Assembly (NCBI GenBank): GCA_044226625.1
Contig: JBGAGQ010000005.1
Coordinates: 1 to 64,000 of the forward strand
Direction: 5' to 3'
From: Thermoanaerobaculia bacterium
GTDB taxonomy: Bacteria; Acidobacteriota; Thermoanaerobaculia; Multivoradales; UBA5704
DNA length: 64,000 bases
Position numbers and translations under genes: made by a program. Position 1 is the stretch's first letter. Each line of letters starts with the position of its first letter. Positions 32,472 to 43,239 of the stretch are shown here, piece after piece. Below the pieces are notes generated by a model. That model had not been told where the DNA came from. It searched no databases and saw nothing but the letters and a program-made list of their open reading frames with translations.

Positions 32472-34670
32472 TCAGGGCAGGCTGTCCGACCAGGGTTTGG
32501 CGTCGTAGAGCGGGCTCAGGATCCAGTGGTAGTAGTGGCGGTCCATCACGAAGCCGCCAGCCGCCTTACGGAGCAGGCCGAACCACTCGTTGTTGCGGAT
32601 GAAGAGGTCGGCTTTACCGGCGCCTCCTTCGTAATTCGCCGCGGCGAGCTTGTCGACGTTGCCCAAGTTCCAGCCGCCGGCTCCCGGGATGCCGAGCACC
32701 CAGTCCGACGACCAGCTACCCAAGAGAGCGGTGCCGTTGGAGATCAACGTCCCCAGGTATTCTGTCGGCCAATCGACTTTCGGGTTGAACACGAACAGGT
32801 CGGCTTTGCCGTCCTTGTTGGCGTCGCTCACGAAGAAGCGGTCGCCCTTCTTCATCGTCCAACCCGGAATGTTCGGCGCCCAGCCGGTCGCCGGATCGTC
32901 GTCGTAACGCTTCACGTAGGCGAGCGCGGCGCCGGTCGAACGGGTCATCTCGAAATAGGCGACGCTCCAATCCTGGCCGTTGAAGACGTAGAGGTCGTCC
33001 TTGTGGTCGCCGTCGAAGTCGCCGACCAAATGGCTGTCGTGGGCGCCCATGTTCCAGCCGGAGGGGAGCGTCCCCGTGTACAGCTTGATGTCCGAGAGGG
33101 CGGCGCCGGACGACTTGATCATGCCGAGATATTTGGGCGACCAGTTCGTGCCGTTGAAGACGTAGAGGTCGTCTTTGTTGTCGCCGTCGAAGTCTCCCAC
33201 CATGTACCGGTCGCCCGCCGCCATGATCCAGCCCGGGATCGAGGCGTCGTAGCGCCGGACCCCGGATATCGAGGTGCCGGACGACTTGAGCATGCCCAGA
33301 TACTTGGTGCTCCAGCTGGAGCCGGAGAAGAGGTAGAGGTCGTCCTTGCCGTCGCCGTCGAAGTCCGCCACGAACAGCTGGTCGGAAACGCCCAGATTGC
33401 CGTATCCGGGGATGCTGCCGTTGTAGTGGATGACCGTCTCGAGGCCGGTGCCGTTCGAGCGCAGGAGACCGAGCCATTTCGTGCCCCAGCTCGTCGTGTT
33501 GAGCACGTAGACGTCGTCTTTGCCGTCGCCGTTCCAGTCGGCGACGAAGAAACGGTCGCCCGAGGCGAGCGTCCAGTAATACGAGCTCGCCGGCGCCGAC
33601 GGAACCCGGTTGTTGGCGACCCATACCTCGTCCAACCGGTTAGGGCCCGGGCTCGCGCGGTAGATCGCGAGGTCGCCGCCGTTCTGCACTAGCACGTCGT
33701 CCCTGCCATCGCCGTTGAAATCGCCGTAGACCGCGTTGGCGAAAGTGTGGCCGAGGTTGGGATAGAGCGCCTTGCGCATCAAGGTCTGACAGACCGGACA
33801 GTAATCGGGCGTGTTGCCGCGCATGCGGCAGTTGTTCACCGGCCGATAGATGCCGCTGACCTTGGTACCGCACCCTTGGAAAATGCCCACCGTCCGGTTG
33901 CTGTCCATTCCGCCGCCGAACGTGGTCGGCACCGGAGTCGACGGGTTGATGAAGCGGTTCCAGAAGTTGTTCGCGCGGCTCGTATTGGTCGAGCAGTTGC
34001 GCTCGTTGGTCGCGCCGCCGGAATAGGCGCCGTCGACCGAGTACTCGTCCCAGAGGCCGCCGATGCCGTGGCCGTATTCGTGCGCCACGACGTCCCAGCC
34101 GACCGCCTTGGTCACGTGCTGCCGGCCGCCGCCGCCGCAACCGCCGAAACCGACCTCGTTGAGGAGGATCAGGACGTAGTCGTAATGGGAGACGTTCGCG
34201 GCCAGCGCGGCGAGGATCTTCGCGTCGGTGTCGCTCGAGTACTCCATCCAGCAATGCGCCCACGACCCCGAAAAGATCATCTTGAGCGCCGTGTTCTTCA
34301 CCGTCGTACTGGTGATCGTGTCATCGCTCGAGTCGGCCGGCGTCCCGTGCTCGTCATAGACGCGGCGGGTCACGCCGGATTGCGCCGAGACGAGATTCAG
34401 ACGATAGACGTTGAAGGCATTCTGCTCGGTGCGGTAGAAGTCGTGGTCGAAGACCCCCTTGAGCACCAGGTTGTCGACGTCCGTGTTGTAGGTCGCCTGG
34501 TCACCGGAGGCGTAGCCGTCGCCCAGGACCACCAAGATCTTCTTGCCGGCGTCCGAGCCGTTGTCGATCACCTTGGTGCACTGCGCGCCGATGCACGAAG
34601 CCCGGCCGGGGCTCGCAAAGACCAGGGCGCCGAACAGCATCGCCGCTGTCAAAGCAAACACTTTCTTCAT
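32472..34670 (-). CDS. M64 family metallopeptidase with FG-GAP/VCBS repeats
   Basis: Signal peptide; VLGDGY; HEYGHGIGGLWDEY; CRMR Met-turn; YCPVC; repeated GDFDGDxKDDLYVFN. Confidence 0.88.
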   Translation of the reverse strand: MKKVFALTAAMLFGALVFASPGRASCIGAQCTKVIDNGSDAGKKILVVLGDGYASGDQATYNTDVDNLVLKGVFDHDFYRTEQNAFNVYRLNLVSAQSGVTRRVYDEHGTPADSSDDTITSTTVKNTALKMIFSGSWAHCWMEYSSDTDAKILAALAANVSHYDYVLILLNEVGFGGCGGGGRQHVTKAVGWDVVAHEYGHGIGGLWDEYSVDGAYSGGATNERNCSTNTSRANNFWNRFINPSTPVPTTFGGGMDSNRTVGIFQGCGTKVSGIYRPVNNCRMRGNTPDYCPVCQTLMRKALYPNLGHTFANAVYGDFNGDGRDDVLVQNGGDLAIYRASPGPNRLDEVWVANNRVPSAPASSYYWTLASGDRFFVADWNGDGKDDVYVLNTTSWGTKWLGLLRSNGTGLETVIHYNGSIPGYGNLGVSDQLFVADFDGDGKDDLYLFSGSSWSTKYLGMLKSSGTSISGVRRYDASIPGWIMAAGDRYMVGDFDGDNKDDLYVFNGTNWSPKYLGMIKSSGAALSDIKLYTGTLPSGWNMGAHDSHLVGDFDGDHKDDLYVFNGQDWSVAYFEMTRSTGAALAYVKRYDDDPATGWAPNIPGWTMKKGDRFFVSDANKDGKADLFVFNPKVDWPTEYLGTLISNGTALLGSWSSDWVLGIPGAGGWNLGNVDKLAAANYEGGAGKADLFIRNNEWFGLLRKAAGGFVMDRHYYHWILSPLYDAKPWSDSLP

Positions 34671-34752
34671 GGCTCTCTCCTTTGCCTCGCAGGAGAGGGC
34701 GCTTTCGCCGGGAGAAAAGTTACAGGCGATTCTTAAACTGCCGAAACGATCC

Positions 34753-35621
<869 letters not shown>

Positions 35622-35625
<4 letters not shown>

Positions 35626-36679
35626 CGCCGTCCACCTCCCGCGGTGGTCCTTTCGCGCGCCCCCACCGCGACGAACAGGATGATCAGCGCCTGGAGCACG
35701 AAGATCAGGTCTTTCGAGACCTTCTCCGTGAAGATGTCAACGAACAGGCCGCCGCGCAGCAGGGCGCCGAACAGGAGCGCCGATAGGAGCACGCCGAGCG
35801 GCCGGTTGCGGCCGAGCAGCGCGACGGCGATTCCGGTGAAGCCGTAGCCGGCCGAGAAACCGTCGTAGTAGCGATAGCGGTAACCGAGCACCTCGGAGAC
35901 CGCGACCAGACCGGCGAGGCCTCCCGACAGCGCCATGGCGAGGACGATCTGGCGCGGCGTCGAGATGCCGCCGTACTCGGCGGCATCGGGGTTGGCGCCG
36001 GTCGCGCGGATCTCGTAGCCCCAGCGGGTGCGCTTCAGGAAGAGCGCGACCGCGACGCACATGGCAAGCGCGAGCAGGAAGGCGACCGACAGGGGGATCC
36101 GCTCCGGAAAGCCGGGCAGGAAACGGCCGAAGCGCGGAATCTGCGCCGCCGCCGGGATCGGCACCGTCTCGAGCAACGCGTCACCCGGCTTCTTGTAGTG
36201 GTATTCGGTGAAATAGCTCGCGATCGCCACGGCGACGAAGTTGAGCATGATCGTCGTGATCACCTCGTGCGCCCCGAAACGCGCCTTGAGCACGCCGGGC
36301 ACAGCTCCCCAGAGCGCTCCGGCGAGTACCGCGGCGGCGATACACAGCGGCACCAGCAGAAAGGCCGGCGCTCCGGCGAAGGTGATGCCGGCCCAGGCGG
36401 CGGCGAAGGCGGCGAGCGTGAGCTGCCCTTCGGCTCCGATGTTCAACAGGCCCGCACGCATCGCGAGCGCTACGGCGAGGCCGGTGAAGATCAGCGGCGT
36501 GGCGTAGAACAGCGTGTACCCGATGCCGTCGGGCCAGGTGAGGGCGCTGCTGATCAACAGGGTGAAGGTCTGGACGGGGGAGTCGCCGACCATCGCCACG
36601 ATCACCCCGCCGACGACGAAGGCGGCCAGGACGGCGAGGATCGGGGGCGCCCAGCCGGGCAGGTTCTTGGTCGGGTCCT

Positions 36680-36683
<4 letters not shown>
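35622..36683 (-). CDS. Nucleoside/sugar ABC transporter permease
   Basis: [31 protein letters not shown]. Confidence 0.92.
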
Positions 36684-38239
<1,556 letters not shown>

Positions 38240-38272
38240 GGAGTCTGGGGTCTCGGTTCGGAAAGGCGCCGG

Positions 38273-39280
38273 CTAGTTCGCCATCGCGTCGGTGACCTTG
38301 ATCTCGCCGCGGATGATCTTCGCCTTCGCGGCTTCGACCTCGACGATCACCGGGTCCGGGATCAGCCCGGCGTTGTACTGGTCCATGGCGTAGCCGATCC
38401 CCCCGTTGTCCAGGCCGTAGACGTGGATGCCCCCCTTGAAGCGACCTTGGACGCGATCCTCGATGATCTGGTAGACAGCGTTGTCGATCCGCTTGACCAT
38501 GCTGGTGAGCACGTGGCCGGGCTTCACCCAGTTCTGGTTGGAGTCGACGCCGATGATGAGCTTGTCGCGCTGCTCGACCGCGTCGAAGACGCCGAGCCCG
38601 GAGTTACCGGCGGCGGCGAAGATCACGTCCGCCCCTTTGCCGATCTGCGCCTCGGCCAGCTCCTTGCCCTTGCCGGGGTTGTTCCAGGCCGATTCGGTGA
38701 CCCCGACGTAGTTGGGAATCACCTTGACGTCCGGACGCACGGCGCGCGCCCCTTCCTCATAGCCGGTCGCGAAGCGGTGGATCAGGGGGATGTCCATGCC
38801 GCCGACGAAGCCGAGCACCCCGGTTCTGCTCTTGCGGGCGGCGATCATCCCGACCAAATAGGAGCCCTCGTGCTCTTTGAAGACCAGCGAGGCGACGTTC
38901 GGCAGGTCGAGCACGCCGTCGACGATCGCGAACTGGAGCTTCGGATAGTCGCGGGCGACGGCATCGACGATCGGCATCTGGGCGAAGCCGATGCCGATGA
39001 TCAGGTCGTAATTGCGCTCGGCGAACGCGCGCATCGCCGGCTCGAGGGAGGTCGGGTCGCCCGGCTCGGCGTCGCGCAGCACGATCGGGAAGTCCTTTGC
39101 CGCGCGCTGCACGCCCTGCCAGGCCGCGGCGTTGAACGACCGGTCGTCCTTGCCGCCGCTGTCGAACACGATGCCGACGTGGACCTTGCCGGCCTCGGCC
39201 GGCGGCGCTCCCGCCATACGGCAGCCCGCGAGCAGCAGGCCCGCCGCCAAGACCACCGACCCCACGTTCGTGCGCCACAT
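38273..39280 (-). CDS. BMP family ABC substrate-binding lipoprotein
   Basis: LAGC lipobox; GGKDDRSFN, GSYLVG, GADVIFAAAG, IGVDSNQ. Confidence 0.92.
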   Translation of the reverse strand: MWRTNVGSVVLAAGLLLAGCRMAGAPPAEAGKVHVGIVFDSGGKDDRSFNAAAWQGVQRAAKDFPIVLRDAEPGDPTSLEPAMRAFAERNYDLIIGIGFAQMPIVDAVARDYPKLQFAIVDGVLDLPNVASLVFKEHEGSYLVGMIAARKSRTGVLGFVGGMDIPLIHRFATGYEEGARAVRPDVKVIPNYVGVTESAWNNPGKGKELAEAQIGKGADVIFAAAGNSGLGVFDAVEQRDKLIIGVDSNQNWVKPGHVLTSMVKRIDNAVYQIIEDRVQGRFKGGIHVYGLDNGGIGYAMDQYNAGLIPDPVIVEVEAAKAKIIRGEIKVTDAMAN

Positions 39281-39422
39281 GTTTCGGAGCGGCAGGCTAG
39301 CGCGAGCGACCGGGCGCGGGCAAGCGGCTGGCGGGAGAAAGACGAGAAATCCTCGCCGAGCTTTCGCGAGCGCGCGCCGGCCCGCCCCGACACCGGTTCG
39401 GGCTCGATCGTCGCGGACGGGC

Positions 39423-39980
39423 TTACTCGTCGCCTTGCGGTTCAATCTCCTCGGTCTCGGCGAGCAATCGGTCGAGCTCGGCGGTCTCGGAGAGGCGGTC
39501 GAATTCGCTGGTCTCGCCGCGCCGACGGCGCGGGCCGCCGGTGTGCTGGATGCGTTCGAGCGCGGTCTGGCCGCCGTACTTCTCGACGATCCGGTCGTCG
39601 TAGTCGTCGGCGACCGTCGCAACCGCGGTGATCGCACGCAGGAGGTCGCGCGGCTCGAGGTCGCGGCCGAACAGGGAGTGCGAGAAGAAGACGTCGTCGT
39701 CCACGAGCGAGAAATGCCCGAGGGCGAGGTTGTGGTTGAGCTCGAGCAGCCCTAGCAATAGGTCGTCGGCCGCGTCCACGCCCTGGACGCAGTAGGACAT
39801 GATGCGGACCATCACCTCGTCCGGCCCGTATGGCTCGACCGAGATCTCGAGCACGGTGGTCCCATAGCGGACGTAGAAATGACCCTCTTCGGGGTCGCAA
39901 TAGGGGTCGTCGAAGAACTCCGATAGGTACTCGCGGACCCGACGAAAGGTCTCCTCCTGGATCGCGTGCTTTCCTGACAT
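39423..39980 (-). CDS. YbjN/T3SS-chaperone-fold protein
   Basis: LLELNHNLALGHFSL, ADDYDDRIVEKYGG. Confidence 0.7.
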   Translation of the reverse strand: MSGKHAIQEETFRRVREYLSEFFDDPYCDPEEGHFYVRYGTTVLEISVEPYGPDEVMVRIMSYCVQGVDAADDLLLGLLELNHNLALGHFSLVDDDVFFSHSLFGRDLEPRDLLRAITAVATVADDYDDRIVEKYGGQTALERIQHTGGPRRRRGETSEFDRLSETAELDRLLAETEEIEPQGDE

Positions 39981-40092
39981 AAGGCTCCCCTCTTCCTTCT
40001 AAAAGAGGAGTGTATCTCGCCCCGCGTAGCGAGCGCTTCCGAACGGCGCGGTCGAGCGCCGGCGAGGGAGCCCGAACGGGGTCTCGCCGCCG

Positions 40093-40121
40093 TTGACACC
40101 TCTAGACCCGTGGGCTAACGT
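40093..40121 (+). promoter_or_regulatory. Sigma70 promoter for the fadL-lipase operon
   Basis: TTGACA-17 nt-TAACGT. Confidence 0.65.
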
Positions 40122-40251
40122 TCATCATCGCCCTTTCCAGGCGCTTACAAATCTTTGAACGAGCAGATCTTGTCTCGATTGAACGATTGATGGACATACC
40201 ATCTCAAATCCAACGCAAATACCGGCAGCTTCTGCCAGGAGGATGACAGGC

Positions 40252-41553
40252 ATGCGCAGGCTAGGAACTTCTTTGATCGGCACCGCGCTCTCGGCTTTGG
40301 CCCTGGCCGCGGCGGCCGGCCCGTCGTACGCGGCGGGCTTCGGCATCTTCGAGCAGGGCACGAAGGCGATGGGCATGGCCGGCGCGTTCACCGCGCAGGC
40401 GGACGACGGCTCGGCGATGTTCCACAACGCGGGCGGGCTCGCGTTCGCCACCGAGCGGGAAATCTCGGGCGGCTTGGTCCTCTTCCACACCACCAAGGCC
40501 GATTTCGACGGCGCGTCGCCGTTCCCGGGACCGAATTCGCACGCGGAACAGAAGACTCTTTCGCAGCTCCTTCCCCACGCCTATTGGGTCCAGCCGATCA
40601 ACCAGACCTGGAAGTTCGGCGTCGGTCTGGAAGCGCCGTTCGGTCTCACCACGGAGTGGAACGCGAACACCTTCTCCGGCCGTTACCTGAGCACCAAAGC
40701 GGCGGTGCGCGCGGTCGACATCAACCCGACGATCGCCTGGCAGGTGACGCCGAGCTTCGGCATCGGCTTCGGCGCGATCGCACGCTTCTCCGACATCGAG
40801 CTCCGGCGCCGCGTTCCGGCGGTCAACCCGTTCACCCAGCAGGTCGTCGACGTGGCTTCGATCAAGCTCCAGTCCGACCTCGAGAACGCCTACGGTTGGA
40901 ACATCGGCATTCTGCACAAGTTCAACAATAGCTTCTCGTGGGGCCTCTCCTACCGGAGCAAAGTGAAGACCGATTACGAAGGCGACGGCCGCCTGACCCA
41001 GGTCTCGACCGGTAACGCCCAACTCGACGCGGTGCTCCGCACCCGCCTGCCGTTCGACCGCGACCTACCGATCGCCACCTCGATCGAGTACCCCGACATG
41101 GCGAGCCTCGGTCTCGCGTTCTCGCTGTCGCCGAGCCTTCTGCTCGAAACCGACGTCAACTGGACCGGCTGGAGCTCGTTCGACACCACCACGATCCGCT
41201 TCACCGGCGGCGACCTGCCGAACTCGACGATTCGCTCGGAGTGGAAGGACGTCGAGAACTACCGCGCCGGCCTGCGCTGGACCACCAGCGCCACCTCGGA
41301 ATGGCGCTTCGGCTACGTCTACGACGAAACGCCGCAGCCGGAAGAGGCGGTAACGCCGCTGCTCCCGGACGCCGACCGCAACGGCGTGACGATCGGTTAC
41401 GGCCACAAGGGGGCCTCGTACAAGGCCGACTTCGCGCTCATGTACCTCGACTTCAAGGACCGCACCCGCAAGAAGACCTTCGACGGCGAGAGCCCGTTCC
41501 TCGGCACGTACCAGACCAAGGCGCTGCTCGCTAGCGCGACCATCACCTTCTAA
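40252..41553 (+). CDS. OmpP1/FadL long-chain fatty acid outer-membrane transporter
   Basis: AGFGIFEQG..GMAGA..ADDGSAMFHNAGGL, PFGL, WTGWS, LPDADR; C-terminal Phe. Confidence 0.9.
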   Translation: MRRLGTSLIGTALSALALAAAAGPSYAAGFGIFEQGTKAMGMAGAFTAQADDGSAMFHNAGGLAFATEREISGGLVLFHTTKADFDGASPFPGPNSHAEQKTLSQLLPHAYWVQPINQTWKFGVGLEAPFGLTTEWNANTFSGRYLSTKAAVRAVDINPTIAWQVTPSFGIGFGAIARFSDIELRRRVPAVNPFTQQVVDVASIKLQSDLENAYGWNIGILHKFNNSFSWGLSYRSKVKTDYEGDGRLTQVSTGNAQLDAVLRTRLPFDRDLPIATSIEYPDMASLGLAFSLSPSLLLETDVNWTGWSSFDTTTIRFTGGDLPNSTIRSEWKDVENYRAGLRWTTSATSEWRFGYVYDETPQPEEAVTPLLPDADRNGVTIGYGHKGASYKADFALMYLDFKDRTRKKTFDGESPFLGTYQTKALLASATITF

Positions 41554-41573
41554 GAGCTCGGAGAACCCAGCCC

Positions 41574-42941
41574 ATGCGTAGGTATTCGCTCGCTCTGCTC
41601 GCCCTTCTCGCCCTGGCGCTTCCCGCGCTCGGGCAGGCCGATTTCACCCGTTACGTCGCGCTCGGCGACAGCTTGACCGCCGGTTATCAGAGCGGCGGTC
41701 TCGCCGGCTCGATCTCCCGGAACAGCTATCCCGCCCTGATCAGCCGCCAGGCGCGTCCCGGCGCGGCGTTCGACCAGCCGCTGATCAGCGATCCGGGCAT
41801 CCCGGCGGTGATGGAACTGCGCAGCCTTTCCGGTCCGACAATCCTGCCGAAGGGCGGCGGTCCGGCGACGTTGACCAACCCGCTCCTCACCCGTCCGTAC
41901 AACAACCTGGGCGTTCCGGGTGCGAACGTGCGCGACACCGTCTCGACGGTGACCGGTAATCTCCACGATGTGGTTCTTCAGTCGTTCAGCCCGGCGTTGC
42001 GGGGTCGCTCCGCGCTCCAGCAGGCGATCCAGCAGAACCCGACGTTCGTGACGATCTGGATCGGCAACAACGACGTGCTCGGCGCGGCGACGTCGGGCGT
42101 CGTGATCGAAGGTGTCACGATCACCCCGGTCGCCCGGTTCGAGGCCGACCTGCGCGCCATCGCTTCGGCGATCGCAGCTACGGGCGCCCGGATGGCGTTC
42201 GGCAACATCCCCGACGTGACGACGATCCCGTTCGTCACGACGGTTCCCCGGTTCGTCGTCAACCCCGCCACCAGCCAGCCGGTCCTGGTCAACGGCCAGC
42301 CGGTGCCACTGATCGGCCCGAACGGTTCGCTCGTCGCGGGCGATCGCGTGCTGCTCACCGCGACCACCGAGCTGCGCGCGGGAAAGGGCATTCCGGTCGC
42401 TCTCGGCGGCACGGGACAGCCGCTGTCCAACACCTCGGTGCTGAGCGTGGCGGAGATCGCGACGATCTCGGCGCGCGTGGCGGCCTACAACAACATCATC
42501 GCCACCGTCGCTAACGAGCGCGGCGCGGCGCTGGTCGACGTCAACGGTGTGTTGACCCAGGCGGCGGCCCGCGGCATCTCGGTGGGCGGCGTCACCTTCA
42601 CCCCGTCGTTCCTTACCGGCGGCATCTTCTCGTATGACGGCGTCCACCCGACCTCGTTCGGCTACGCCTACATCGCGAACGTCTGGATCCAGGCGATCAA
42701 CGCGCGGTACGGCACGAGCGTCCCGCCCGTCGACCTTTCGCCGTTCATCTTCGGAGGAGCTTCGGAGGCGGAGGGTGGCGTCCTGGTCGGAGACGACACC
42801 GAAGGGGCGGAGTACTTCTCGGTCCTGTTCAGCGACGAGGCGAAGCACAACCTGTTCTCCAGCCTGAACATCCCGGAGAACCCGCAGGCCCCGCCCTCCG
42901 GCGGCGGCCGCGGCGGCCGTCGCGGCGGGCGCCGGCACTAA
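41574..42941 (+). CDS. Secreted SGNH/GDSL lipase
   Basis: YVALGDSLTAG, NLGVPGA, WIGNNDVL, DGVHP. Confidence 0.9.
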   Translation: MRRYSLALLALLALALPALGQADFTRYVALGDSLTAGYQSGGLAGSISRNSYPALISRQARPGAAFDQPLISDPGIPAVMELRSLSGPTILPKGGGPATLTNPLLTRPYNNLGVPGANVRDTVSTVTGNLHDVVLQSFSPALRGRSALQQAIQQNPTFVTIWIGNNDVLGAATSGVVIEGVTITPVARFEADLRAIASAIAATGARMAFGNIPDVTTIPFVTTVPRFVVNPATSQPVLVNGQPVPLIGPNGSLVAGDRVLLTATTELRAGKGIPVALGGTGQPLSNTSVLSVAEIATISARVAAYNNIIATVANERGAALVDVNGVLTQAAARGISVGGVTFTPSFLTGGIFSYDGVHPTSFGYAYIANVWIQAINARYGTSVPPVDLSPFIFGGASEAEGGVLVGDDTEGAEYFSVLFSDEAKHNLFSSLNIPENPQAPPSGGGRGGRRGGRRH

Positions 42942-42994
42942 GAGCCGAGCGTCGAGACGGTTCCCCTACGAGCTGCGGGGACAAAGACGAGAAC

Positions 42995-43020
42995 GGGGGC
43001 GGAGCGATCCGCCCCTTTTT
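42995..43020 (+). terminator. Rho-independent terminator
   Basis: GGGGGCGGA-GCGA-TCCGCCCC followed by TTTTT. Confidence 0.85.
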
Positions 43021-43239
43021 CGTTGGCTACTAACTACGGCACTCCAGCCACGACCTTTTCGTTCGATCCGCTTGCGAGGGCCGCTTCGCAAGGCAAGATC
43101 GCTCGAGTCGCCGTTCCTGGGACCGCCGGCGTCCTCGCCGGCCTAACGCCTCGTCGGCGATGAACGCTCTCTCGCACTACGGCCCCGTGACTCCCTCGGG
43201 GAACCAGCCCGCTCGCACCATAGAATGCGCGCAATCATC

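Noticed and set aside
32780-33730. CRISPR-like or DGR-like DNA repeats (GTCGCCGTCGAAGTC...)
   Set aside because: They are codons of FG-GAP protein repeats in the M64 peptidase; no cas gene or reverse transcriptase is in the window
43021-43230. Mobile-element end or att site flanking the TIR-STAND gene
   Set aside because: No terminal inverted repeat, target duplication, tRNA or recombinase could be identified
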